Shown: positions 17,195-26,001 of the stretch, piece by piece | Numbering within the stretch: the first letter of the stretch is position 1 | How the letters are laid out: the number at the start of each line of letters is the position of its first letter | Sequence record: LC819006.1 | Reading direction: 5' to 3' (one strand) | Length of the DNA: 64,000 bases | Position numbers and translations under genes: made by a program | The notes under the pieces: generated by a model | The model's input: only the letters and a program-made list of their open reading frames with translations | Database searches by the model: none | Told to the model about the DNA's origin: nothing

Positions 17195-17600
17195 AGGAGC
17201 CTTCCGGATATTTACCCGGAATGCGATCAGGATACAGCCTCTTCAACCGGCGGATGTATTGCAACGCATGCCACTCGGTTACGAAGATCAGGTTTTGTGC
17301 CTCCGGCCATGCCGGCAAGGCGCGGAGTTCCGCTTTTTGCTGCGGAGTGTCCACGCCAAAGTCGGCGAAGTGGTGAGACTCCATTTCGTTGGTGTGTTTA
17401 CGACCAACGATCTTCTTTCCTTCGAACCATTCAAACAGTTCGCCAAACGGCCGATTGGTCCCACGGCCATCGTCGAATGCATAGGGAACGGTTACGAAGA
17501 TCTTCAGGATCTCCTCAGACATCGAATAACCGTTAACAAGATAAAGCTTCGCGCCTTTCTTGAAGTCTTCGAACTTAGCACGACCGGCTTTAGTTGCCAT
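17109..17600 (-). CDS. Hypothetical protein
   Basis: GGAGG SD before ATG 17600 (MATKAG...). Confidence 0.6.
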   Translation of the reverse strand: MATKAGRAKFEDFKKGAKLYLVNGYSMSEEILKIFVTVPYAFDDGRGTNRPFGELFEWFEGKKIVGRKHTNEMESHHFADFGVDTPQQKAELRALPAWPEAQNLIFVTEWHALQYIRRLKRLYPDRIPGKYPEGSFEAQTLKEREDAKRDEESAHDETFALAP

Positions 17601-17838
17601 CAGTATTGCCCTCCGTCGCAGCATTCGTCTTTTCAACGTATGCGTTGTACTGCTCGATCAGCAGGTTGATCGGGTTGCGTTTGATCGCGAGACCTTTGAG
17701 ATCCAGATTCCGCGTAACCTGCAACTCACGAATGAGATATCCCGGTCCAGTCAAAGCATGCAGAAGCTCCCCCAGAGCCTCCACATCTACGGATACCATC
17801 GCACGTTCTTCAACTTCTGCTGATTGCTGTTCCGACAT
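17590..17838 (-). CDS. Small conserved-looking phage protein
   Basis: ALTGPGYLIRELQ...NPINLLIEQYN. GGAG SD. Confidence 0.65.
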   Translation of the reverse strand: MSEQQSAEVEERAMVSVDVEALGELLHALTGPGYLIRELQVTRNLDLKGLAIKRNPINLLIEQYNAYVEKTNAATEGNTDGN

Positions 17839-17860
17839 TTTCTTTCTCCGTTTTAAAAGG

Positions 17861-19219
17861 TTAGTCCATCAGGCGCGCAAAGTCCTCGGCTTCTTTGCGA
17901 TCCATCTCCTCTTCCAGCTTCTCCACTTGCCGCAGGGTCATGAAGAGCTGGTGCTGGTGATCGCGAATCCACGCGACCATTTTCTTGATGTTAAAGACGT
18001 AGAAGCTTTCGAACTTATCGTCATTCGGTCCATACAGCGTGACGAATCGTCCGAAATTACGTTGCACCATGAATCGATGCAACTTACCTTCATCGAGCCA
18101 CTTACCCTGATTTTCGGGGCGACGACCCACCGAGTTCAGAATGCAGCTGACGAGACGGCTGAGATTGACAACGAAACGCTCGTCCTTGTTCAGATGAGGC
18201 AATCGAAGCGAATTTTCACGAGAGAACATTTCGATCGTAGCTTCTTCGGTAGCCAGAAGTTCCTCGATTGCAATCGGACGATACTGAGGAAAGTCATCGC
18301 GCAGATCCACCTTACCGTCACCACGCTTGACGATCTTCCAGACATGGTGCATGTTGTACTGGCGAGGTTCATCCAGGATGAACGCACTGCCCGGAACGCC
18401 CGGCTTGATTTCCTGCATGACCAGCAGGTAATTGCGAGCACCCATCACGACGATATGATCGACCGTGAAACGATTGTTGCCGAGATGATCCTTGTGTTCA
18501 GGATTGACTTCGACGATCGTGCCTTTCGGAAAGTGAGCCGGACCGTACTTGATGTCCATTTCTGCATGACCATGGCGACCGAAACGCTTTTCGTAATTGA
18601 TCAGCGTGTACGGATACTTGTCTTCGAAGTCGTGAAGCCGCGGCAGTTCCGCCACACAAACGCCGTACGGATCCCTCAATGCCCAGAGCTCTTCACCGGG
18701 AATATCTTCATTCTCGATCTTCCAGCCATCGGCACTCGTATAGACGCCAAGTTTACGTTCGACGAACGTACGATGGAAACGCTCGTTCCAGATCACCTGT
18801 TCCCAATACTCATTCGGGAGTATGAGACTCGATTGCATCCAGGCATTCAACCAACGATCGAACAACTGAAAGTCGTCGACAGATCTAGCCTGGTCGCGCA
18901 GAAAAGCACGAGCATAATTGATGTCGCCGCCCGCCATGTGCTTGGCTTTCTTCGTGATGCAGCGATGCACCTTCAGGCCCTGGCGCATGTATTTGATACT
19001 GATGTCCGACATGTATTTGGCATCGAGAGACTTCGCGCCGTAAAGCACGCTGCTCGGAAGAGCAATTGCGTCGTGAATGATCTTGCGCATGTGATCCTCA
19101 AACTCACGGGTATCTTCAATTCCATGATTCGAAAACATCTGTTTCCGACTGTAATGAACCTCAGCTCGGAAAGGATCGAGTGCGTTTTCCATCAACATCT
19201 TCGAAATGTTCTTATCCAT
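17861..19219 (-). CDS. Hypothetical protein (452 aa)
   Basis: Long ORF with GAGG SD. Confidence 0.7.
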   Translation of the reverse strand: MDKNISKMLMENALDPFRAEVHYSRKQMFSNHGIEDTREFEDHMRKIIHDAIALPSSVLYGAKSLDAKYMSDISIKYMRQGLKVHRCITKKAKHMAGGDINYARAFLRDQARSVDDFQLFDRWLNAWMQSSLILPNEYWEQVIWNERFHRTFVERKLGVYTSADGWKIENEDIPGEELWALRDPYGVCVAELPRLHDFEDKYPYTLINYEKRFGRHGHAEMDIKYGPAHFPKGTIVEVNPEHKDHLGNNRFTVDHIVVMGARNYLLVMQEIKPGVPGSAFILDEPRQYNMHHVWKIVKRGDGKVDLRDDFPQYRPIAIEELLATEEATIEMFSRENSLRLPHLNKDERFVVNLSRLVSCILNSVGRRPENQGKWLDEGKLHRFMVQRNFGRFVTLYGPNDDKFESFYVFNIKKMVAWIRDHQHQLFMTLRQVEKLEEEMDRKEAEDFARLMD

Positions 19220-19240
19220 TCTTACCTCATTTTAAAAAGT

Positions 19241-19666
19241 TTAGAACTTGTGGAACTTGGCGATGTGTACGCCGGGAGCATCCTTCAAGTCGTCATAAAA
19301 CCCACGCTGAAACACCCGCTTCATCTCTTCAGCACTTGCCAGCCTGGTACAATGAATCTCCGGGTCGACGTCGATGTAACCGACCTCACCCTTGGTCGAG
19401 AACCTGCCTGCTTCTTTATCCAGAGATGAGAGAATGCATCCCAAGAACCGTTTCGTCTTCTTTTCGAAGACCGACTTGTGACACATCGGTGGCAAGTTCC
19501 ACGGCCTTAGGGCCTGACAATACTCCTCCTTCGAGACTAACTTTCCGTTGATCCCGAACTCCTGTCCCAATGGTCCCATCCGGAAGAAGTAATTCGGCTT
19601 CTCCGCATTCTCCACTCTGCTTCGAGCCGCATCCGTCAGTACCAGGGGAATCCGCTGCTTCGACAT
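19241..19666 (-). CDS. Hypothetical protein overlapping the 3' end of the QueC-like gene
   Basis: GAGG SD before ATG 19666. Its stop is followed by the intergenic TTTTAAAA-SD motif. Confidence 0.6.
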   Translation of the reverse strand: MSKQRIPLVLTDAARSRVENAEKPNYFFRMGPLGQEFGINGKLVSKEEYCQALRPWNLPPMCHKSVFEKKTKRFLGCILSSLDKEAGRFSTKGEVGYIDVDPEIHCTRLASAEEMKRVFQRGFYDDLKDAPGVHIAKFHKF

Positions 19667-20414
19667 CTTCTACCTCATTGGCGAGATTTAGAGAATTCAA
19701 GTACTCCATCCGCTCATCGATGGCATCCTTGAGTGTTCGTTTCTTTCGGCGTTCCCAGATAAATACTGTCTTCGCCATGGTCTCGCACGCGGCACAGCGT
19801 TCGCACGGAACAAACTTCACATCGTCGGGCTGGTCATCTCCAGCAGCGACAGGAAGTTCACAGATCCAGAGATCCCGAATGATTTCCAACGGCATCTCTT
19901 TCAGGATCCGATCCTTCGTGTGATGGATCAGGGGAAATTCGAGCGGCACCTGTTCGTACCGCGCGAATGCGCTGGTGTGTTGCCAAGCCAGCGCCAAATC
20001 CCCGAGATGCATTGAGATCTGATCCCCCATTACGATACCCATACAGACTTTCGAATGCTTGGTGCCGTCTGTTGCAAACTGCATCCCGAATTGCCACAAC
20101 GGGGCCTGAGCAAACGTGTGATCGGGAATGAGGTTATTCCAACTCCTTCTCGTGTGTCCGTCGAGAGGATCTTTCTCCATCACGTTGATGAAGTTCCCCA
20201 GATCCACGATCGTGTCCGAGAGGACCCGATTACCGGTCTTCTTCTCGAAGAACTTGATGATCTTCTTTCGGGCTTCCAGTTCCATCGGAATCTTGTCCTG
20301 ACACTGCATCGCTTTGATGTAGCAGGTATAAACATCACCCTGTTCCAAAGCTTTCCAGAGCATGAACGACGAGTCCAGACCGCCCGAAAATACGAGAAGG
20401 GGTTTCTTATTCAT
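19416..20414 (-). CDS. QueC-like PP-loop ATPase
   Basis: N-terminal LVFSGGLDS. C-terminal Zn-type Cys cluster WIC...PCERCAAC. Confidence 0.75.
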   Translation of the reverse strand: MNKKPLLVFSGGLDSSFMLWKALEQGDVYTCYIKAMQCQDKIPMELEARKKIIKFFEKKTGNRVLSDTIVDLGNFINVMEKDPLDGHTRRSWNNLIPDHTFAQAPLWQFGMQFATDGTKHSKVCMGIVMGDQISMHLGDLALAWQHTSAFARYEQVPLEFPLIHHTKDRILKEMPLEIIRDLWICELPVAAGDDQPDDVKFVPCERCAACETMAKTVFIWERRKKRTLKDAIDERMEYLNSLNLANEVEDVEAADSPGTDGCGSKQSGECGEAELLLPDGTIGTGVRDQRKVSLEGGVLSGPKAVELATDVSQVGLRKEDETVLGMHSLISG

Positions 20415-21129
20415 TGTTCTTTTCCTTCTTCATACCCGGTTCCTTTTCCAGAACTTCCTGGAGAATCGGATCCAACTTGTGTTCCGGTCGAAGCTTGCCG
20501 ACCTGATACTTGCGATGCAGATTGAGCGGATCGCCTTCGCCGCGAGTCATCGGAACATTCGTCGGTTTCAAACGACCCGTCAGACATTCGCCGACATAAG
20601 GCAAAGCTTCTGGACGATTTGGATTAAAGTCCGGTCCTTTGAACTTATCCGAATAACCGCCAACTTCCATCAAGGCCGGATGGTCTGCGTCAGGAGGAAC
20701 AACGCCGAACGACAGCGATCCGTCTGGGTTCATCTGACAGTCGATTGCGATGGGATTGGCACGCTGCTTCAACATTTCCATTCCTTCTTCAGAAATATTC
20801 CGATCGACCAGTACTTCGACTTCCGGCATTTCCAACGATATCTTCATCGTCAGGCCCGCTTTGATCGCCTCATTCAACGCCATCATCGATTTCCGTTCTG
20901 TAACGGGATGAACGATAAGAGGATAGAGGCGTCCACGATGGATGTCAGGATCGCGCGGGACGAAGGGGGTAGGACCGGGCGTCGAGAAGATCACCATTTC
21001 GCCTTTCTTGAAACCACCACCCCAGTCTTTCATGATCTGCTCTGGGATGGAGTTACGACAAGCCTCTGTCAGTTCGTCATGCATCTTCGGATCGAACAGA
21101 GGCGTAATAATTTTTGTCTTATCGTTCAT
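20407..21129 (-). CDS. Hypothetical protein
   Basis: AAGG SD, co-oriented with neighbours. Confidence 0.6.
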   Translation of the reverse strand: MNDKTKIITPLFDPKMHDELTEACRNSIPEQIMKDWGGGFKKGEMVIFSTPGPTPFVPRDPDIHRGRLYPLIVHPVTERKSMMALNEAIKAGLTMKISLEMPEVEVLVDRNISEEGMEMLKQRANPIAIDCQMNPDGSLSFGVVPPDADHPALMEVGGYSDKFKGPDFNPNRPEALPYVGECLTGRLKPTNVPMTRGEGDPLNLHRKYQVGKLRPEHKLDPILQEVLEKEPGMKKEKNNE

Positions 21130-21138
21130 TCTTTACCT

Positions 21139-21591
21139 TCATTTTAAAATAATTGAGGACAACGCTGCGATGGCGTACTTATCGCCTGCCATACTTTCAC
21201 ACGTTGCTCTAAGTGCCTCTACATCACAAGCCCGCTCCATCGCCAGACGTTCATCATCCGCTTTCATCTGGATGAATTTCAGCTTCGCACGAATGGCGCG
21301 GTAATACGGACGGATTTCGTTCACACATGCTCTCAGCACGGTCAGGATATCTTTGCCCGGACCATCTTCGTAAAACAGCTTATGCAAGAGAGGCTGGTTT
21401 TCATCGTTGGGCGGCAGCAACAACAATTCCCGACATACCGCCATGCGTATGTATTCGTAGCGCGCATGAACCGCGGCTACGCTAATGCCGAAATCCTTGC
21501 CGACACGGGCAAACCCTTTACCTTCGAAAACGATTTCTTCGAAGATACCGAAATAGCCATTCAGGTTTTCCAATGTCTGCATGGCGATCAC
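21139..21591 (-). CDS. Putative HTH protein (sigma-70 region-4-like pattern)
   Basis: GKGFARVGKDFGISVAAVHARY. Confidence 0.5.
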   Translation of the reverse strand: MIAMQTLENLNGYFGIFEEIVFEGKGFARVGKDFGISVAAVHARYEYIRMAVCRELLLLPPNDENQPLLHKLFYEDGPGKDILTVLRACVNEIRPYYRAIRAKLKFIQMKADDERLAMERACDVEALRATCESMAGDKYAIAALSSIILK

Positions 21592-21782
21592 CGATTTAGA
21601 TGTGAGACGAGGGCTTCAGCTTCGGTCTGCGAATACACCACGGCCAGCTGATCACCATCTTCATCGATGATTTCAAACTGTTCGACATCCTGCAATTCGT
21701 CGACAGTTACCGGTTCACCACTCTCATGCTTGAAGACATGTTCTTCAACTGCGTCTTCATCGATCTTAGCCCATTTGTACAT
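21588..21782 (-). CDS. Small acidic protein
   Basis: GAGGAG SD before ATG 21782. Confidence 0.6.
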   Translation of the reverse strand: MYKWAKIDEDAVEEHVFKHESGEPVTVDELQDVEQFEIIDEDGDQLAVVYSQTEAEALVSHLNR

Positions 21783-21816
21783 TTTGTTACTCCTCAGTTT
21801 TAAAAAGTCCTGGTAA

Positions 21817-22056
21817 TTACTTCGAACGTTGCGGCACTTTCGGAAACTCTGCTTCTTTACCATCCGCGTCACGAATGATAATGGTCTTCCCGCTCGCCTG
21901 TAAATCGACGATGTAGCTATACGTACCGAGTGCGTGACGAATCACATCTGCCAAGCCAGTTGCTGCGGTTTGCATCTGAAGCTTTTCAATCTCAACATGT
22001 GTTTCGGGCGACATGTCGAGTTGGAAGCCCTTCTTCTTCGATTTGCTCTTAAACAT
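21817..22056 (-). CDS. Ribbon-helix-helix (CopG-like) protein
   Basis: Beta strand FQLDMS, then helix ETHVEIEKLQ and helix LADVIRHAL. GAGGAG SD. Confidence 0.65.
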   Translation of the reverse strand: MFKSKSKKKGFQLDMSPETHVEIEKLQMQTAATGLADVIRHALGTYSYIVDLQASGKTIIIRDADGKEAEFPKVPQRSK

Positions 22057-22105
22057 TACATCTCCTCAGATTGAATTAGGAGGGGAGCCGCAGCTCCCCA
22101 TAACT

Positions 22106-22744
22106 TTAATACCGCCACGGATTGCGCGGATAGTTGTCTGCTTGCCGGTAAGCGTAGTCAGGACGGACATAACGATCCACGTAACCCGGCGGATAACCGC
22201 GCGGATACGGACGAACTGCCGGCTGTATCACTACCTGCGTCGGACCGTAATACGGTCTGTTGTACTGAACGGGCGGCGGTGCGTAATACACCGGCGCCGG
22301 AGAACGAACGAGGTGCGGTGGTTCTTGCTGGACGTATGCTTGTTGCGGATACTGCTGTACATACGGAGGATCGTCGGCGTCGATTTCTGCGACCTGGTTG
22401 GGATCATACGTCTGCTGCGGCGCAGGCGCGTCGGAATACGTGTACGTGCGAGACTGCAACGGAGCCTGGGGTCGTTGCTGTTGTTGCTGATCGTACAACT
22501 GCGCGTAATTACGGGCATCGTAGTCTCCGCGTTGAATCCAACCATTGCGGAATGCTCGGGCACGATCCGACATGGGACTGTCGGGATCTTCAGCGCGATT
22601 ATCCGCGTTACGAGTCCAGTCATCGGGCGTAATCTGCCGAGGCTGTCCATTGGCGTCCGGTACGCTATAAGCGTAGAACGGACCATCGGCCCAAGCCGAC
22701 ATACTGACAAGCAGTAATGCGCAAAGCGCGATTCGAGTTTTCAT
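22106..22744 (-). CDS. Secreted Pro/Tyr/Gln-rich protein
   Basis: Sec signal peptide MKTRIALCALLLVSMSAWA/D followed by low-complexity P/Y/Q sequence. Confidence 0.7.
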   Translation of the reverse strand: MKTRIALCALLLVSMSAWADGPFYAYSVPDANGQPRQITPDDWTRNADNRAEDPDSPMSDRARAFRNGWIQRGDYDARNYAQLYDQQQQQRPQAPLQSRTYTYSDAPAPQQTYDPNQVAEIDADDPPYVQQYPQQAYVQQEPPHLVRSPAPVYYAPPPVQYNRPYYGPTQVVIQPAVRPYPRGYPPGYVDRYVRPDYAYRQADNYPRNPWRY

Positions 22745-22771
22745 TTTTCTTCCCCGTGTTTTAAAAAGGAA

Positions 22772-23320
22772 TTACTTCTGCTTCGGAAACAGATAGAAGA
22801 TCGCCAGAAGCCTGCAATCTTTATCCAGCTTGATGGACTGGTTGCCGAGCAACAACCGTGAAGCGTTTTCGAAACCACGACTGCATGCCGAGATATAGTC
22901 GTCCATGGACATGATCATCGTGCCAAAGCACTCAGTCGTTCGGACCACCGAGTCATCAGACTCTGAAGCGAAGTTCAGAGGACAGACCTTTTGATCGATG
23001 GGATCCGAGTCGGTGTGAACCGGACAGATCCAGTTGCTCCCCCGCTGATCCTGAATCACCATGAAAGCACAGAGATTTCGGATCTTGTTTGTGTCTTTAT
23101 CCAGATACTCCAAATATTCCCCTTGTTCACGGGCCTTGAGGATATCCTCATAGATCGTGGAGAAAGTATCGGAGTCCATGATCAACTTCCCGAAGAAGAT
23201 CAGCGGATTCTGCAGAGGCTCGGGATCTTCCTTAAGCAGAAGGGAATTCTTCCACTGTATCGCCGGGCCGGGATTTACGGGTTTATCTTTCTCGTTAGGT
23301 TTATTTACAACAGGGTTCAT
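22772..23320 (-). CDS. Hypothetical protein
   Basis: First gene after early promoter 23446 and its structured leader. Confidence 0.6.
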   Translation of the reverse strand: MNPVVNKPNEKDKPVNPGPAIQWKNSLLLKEDPEPLQNPLIFFGKLIMDSDTFSTIYEDILKAREQGEYLEYLDKDTNKIRNLCAFMVIQDQRGSNWICPVHTDSDPIDQKVCPLNFASESDDSVVRTTECFGTMIMSMDDYISACSRGFENASRLLLGNQSIKLDKDCRLLAIFYLFPKQK

Positions 23321-23445
23321 GATCACTCACCTGTAATTATTTTAAAAACGGACTGTCCTTTTGTTAGGACAGGCTTTTCCCCCCAGGTTCAAACATTATC
23401 GCAGACGAGTTAGTTTTACTCGCTTGTCTACAGAACTTCAGTTGG

Positions 23446-23462
23446 ATGATATATTTCCGAAA
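23446..23462 (-). promoter_or_regulatory. Early promoter variant TTTCGGA-AATATATCAT
   Basis: Same spacing as the other copies, with mismatches. Confidence 0.55.
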
Positions 23463-23536
23463 AGAAATACAGCAAACATAATCCCAGGGAACCCTTTCGG
23501 GCCCCTGGGATTATAGTCTTTGTGCTTCTTACCTAC

Positions 23537-23980
23537 TTACGCAGCAGGTGGCGGCGTACCAGCTGCCGGTTGTGCCGGCGTCTGTGGTGCTGCAGCAACG
23601 CTCGGCGCTGCGGCCGTCGATACTGCGGTTGCTGAAGCCTGTGATGTTACTGCGGAAATAAGGGCTTCAGCATTGGCGACTGCCTGCGCGTCATTCGCAG
23701 ATGTCGTCAATGTATCGAGACGTTTCTGTTTGATCAGGCGAGATGCTGCGCCGACAAACGAGACGATCGCGATGATGTGCGCCAGTTGCGGAGGAGCACT
23801 TGCACCGGTCAGCAGACCCGACTGGAGAGCCAGGTTGTACAGATCCGGAGCAGCGCCTACGATGGCGAAGAACCACACCGAGTACATCGTGTAGAACTTG
23901 CGCCATTCGGTGACGAGTTCGAGACCGATCTTGTTCAGACCAGCTTCGATCTTGTCTCCGAGTGCGGAGAAAAAGCTCAT
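23537..23980 (-). CDS. Putative holin-like membrane protein
   Basis: WRKFYTMYSVW motif, two TM segments, basic SRLIKQKR, Ala/Pro tail. GAGG SD. Confidence 0.5.
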   Translation of the reverse strand: MSFFSALGDKIEAGLNKIGLELVTEWRKFYTMYSVWFFAIVGAAPDLYNLALQSGLLTGASAPPQLAHIIAIVSFVGAASRLIKQKRLDTLTTSANDAQAVANAEALISAVTSQASATAVSTAAAPSVAAAPQTPAQPAAGTPPPAA

Positions 23981-23991
23981 GGTTACCTCAC

Positions 23992-24594
23992 TTAAGAAAG
24001 AACTACGATACCAACGTCCTTGACACGGAGTTCTCCGTTGGGCGGATAAACCATGACGTGAGGAACATTAGCTGCATACTGACGAACGGTTTCATCCGCG
24101 TCGTCTCTTTGCCTGGCTTGCTCGTAAAACCATTTGGTCTTGCCGAGATACTTCTTGCACTTGGATTCCATTGCTCCGGGACCCGTGCCAATGAAACCAC
24201 GAGCGCGCATTTCTTTGTAGAAAGCACGCAGCGCCATTTCACGTTGTTGTCTTGTCATGTGGTACCAATCGAAACGATCAGACCACTCATCCATCTCCGG
24301 AGTCTCAACGACTTCGAATACCATATCGTGCGGCATGTCAGCCGTATCCACGATATGCATGTAGAGTTTTTGTCCAGACTTCCAGAACTCGTGCTTATGC
24401 TCGAAGATCCTGGCAATGTCTTTATCAGGAATTGGTTCGATGAAAAGCGAAATGTGGTCGTAGTAACCACCCGGCATTCCATAGAGAGCCTGATCAGTTA
24501 CATCCTTCTTGATTGCTTCAGGAGAAAGATGATGAGTCAATCGGCTCGTCTTAAGAGTCGCGTATTTCGCTTTCGAGTAATGATAGAAAAGCAT
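23992..24594 (-). CDS. Hypothetical protein
   Basis: ATG 24594 is coupled (TAATG) to the stop of the HAD gene. Confidence 0.65.
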   Translation of the reverse strand: MLFYHYSKAKYATLKTSRLTHHLSPEAIKKDVTDQALYGMPGGYYDHISLFIEPIPDKDIARIFEHKHEFWKSGQKLYMHIVDTADMPHDMVFEVVETPEMDEWSDRFDWYHMTRQQREMALRAFYKEMRARGFIGTGPGAMESKCKKYLGKTKWFYEQARQRDDADETVRQYAANVPHVMVYPPNGELRVKDVGIVVLS

Positions 24595-25079
24595 TACTTG
24601 ATGTCGAACGTCTTGGTTCCATCGCCTTCCTCTTTCGGAGGTAGGACTTCCCACTGAACGAGGATCTCGCGCAGCTTCACCCAGTCAACGCAGGGTTTAC
24701 CGTTACTACCCACCTTGAGCGGAATGCCGATACCAGCATCATCCACATAGATGGAAGCGTAGACTTTGGGAGAATTGGACCACTTCTCCTGCTCGGGGTT
24801 TTCGTTGATTCCCCAGAAGTCCACATTGTTCTTGTTGCAATAGACGACAGCTTCATGCAGCTTGTCTTCCGATCGCATGGTCAGAAGAATGAGCTTGATG
24901 CCCACCTTCTTCAATTCTTGCAGGACCTCAATAGCCCCTTCGTTCGGTTTACCGATGTACGGAAAATCGTTCTCGACGATTGTGCCGTCGAAGTCCACCG
25001 CGAAGATGGTCTTTTCGAATTTCTTCTGCGACTCGGCTTCGTCGACTTTCGTCACTTCGTTAGTGTTAAGCCACGGCAT
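24594..25079 (-). CDS. HAD-superfamily phosphatase
   Basis: Motif I DFDGT, motif II LLTMR, motif III/IV K...YVDD. Confidence 0.8.
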   Translation of the reverse strand: MPWLNTNEVTKVDEAESQKKFEKTIFAVDFDGTIVENDFPYIGKPNEGAIEVLQELKKVGIKLILLTMRSEDKLHEAVVYCNKNNVDFWGINENPEQEKWSNSPKVYASIYVDDAGIGIPLKVGSNGKPCVDWVKLREILVQWEVLPPKEEGDGTKTFDIK

Positions 25080-25131
25080 ATCTGCACCCTGTTATTTGTC
25101 ACAAGATCAGCCAAAAAAAATATAGGACATA

Positions 25132-25159
25132 GAATGGATGGGCGAAAGCCCATCCATTC
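25132..25159. terminator. Intergenic hairpin
   Basis: GAATGGATGGGC-GAAA-GCCCATCCATTC. Confidence 0.65.
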
Positions 25160-25170
25160 GATACATCGGA

Positions 25171-25518
25171 TTACTTCCCTTCAGCAGCCATGCGCTCGCG
25201 ATTCTTCCGACGGATTTTCTCGACCGTCCGGATACACATGAGAGCATGTATCAGGCGATCTCTTTCGGTCTGATTGCGAACTTTCAACGTAACGCTACGA
25301 GGAACCATGACTGAAACAGGAGCGCTGTTTTCGTCACGGTATGCATACTCATACCAGCCTCGCCCGACTTTAGCAGTCGGTTTCATCTTAAGCGTACAGG
25401 ACCTCGAATAACCTGCAAGATCCTTATCCGTAATATTGCCACGGATTGTTGTGCTGAAACACGGAGTATGTGTTCTAGCCAAACGTTTCAAACGCAGACG
25501 GGAATGACTAGCTTTCAT
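25171..25518 (-). CDS. Basic hypothetical protein
   Basis: ORF coupled to the upstream gene. Confidence 0.55.
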   Translation of the reverse strand: MKASHSRLRLKRLARTHTPCFSTTIRGNITDKDLAGYSRSCTLKMKPTAKVGRGWYEYAYRDENSAPVSVMVPRSVTLKVRNQTERDRLIHALMCIRTVEKIRRKNRERMAAEGK

Positions 25519-25519
25519 T

Positions 25520-25990
25520 TTATTGCTCCGTGATCAGAACGTATTCCCATTTATCGGCGTTGGGAATGCACCGGTCCTCTGCTGCCTTGTAGGCTTTCGC
25601 CTGATCCCACAGCGATGACTGTTCGATCAGAGTGTGAATGATCGAACATGCCGTGCCAACCTTATCGTATTCTTCACGCGACAGAACACGAATCAGTTTG
25701 TTCCTGCTGTCCCAGGACTTGTGGACAATTTCCTGAGCTTCTTCCAGGATATCCTGGATGCCGACCGACTCGAAGTTCTTGAGCAACTCCAGACCCACAT
25801 ACATCCGGATCTTCAGCGTAATGCGATCGCCCAGGTTGGCGAAACCATCACGATAGGCGAGCAGCCGGAAGTAGCAGTTCAGCGTCATCGTAGTGGAATC
25901 GTCTTCCGAGTACTCGAACGTCTTTGCCGAGTATTCGACGATGTTATCTTGCTTCGGACGGAAGCCTTTGCGGATTTGTGCTTTAGCCAT
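25520..25990 (-). CDS. Hypothetical protein
   Basis: Co-oriented ORF preceded by the TTTTAAAA motif. Confidence 0.6.
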   Translation of the reverse strand: MAKAQIRKGFRPKQDNIVEYSAKTFEYSEDDSTTMTLNCYFRLLAYRDGFANLGDRITLKIRMYVGLELLKNFESVGIQDILEEAQEIVHKSWDSRNKLIRVLSREEYDKVGTACSIIHTLIEQSSLWDQAKAYKAAEDRCIPNADKWEYVLITEQ

Positions 25991-26001
25991 GTTGTATTAT
26001 C

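Noticed and set aside
7637-19429. Long + strand ORFs (7637-9538, 13443-14468, 17594-19429 and others)
   Set aside because: They are shadows of minus-strand genes produced by codon bias, with no SD or motifs and an Arg/His-rich nonsense composition.
19416-20414. Evidence for 7-deazaguanine-modified genomic DNA
   Set aside because: No dpdA, folE, queD or queE in the window. QueC alone does not support the claim.
20407-21129. GGFKKGEMVIF resembling the DnaB/RecA pre-Walker A segment
   Set aside because: No GK(S/T) or Walker B follows, so it is at most a vestige.
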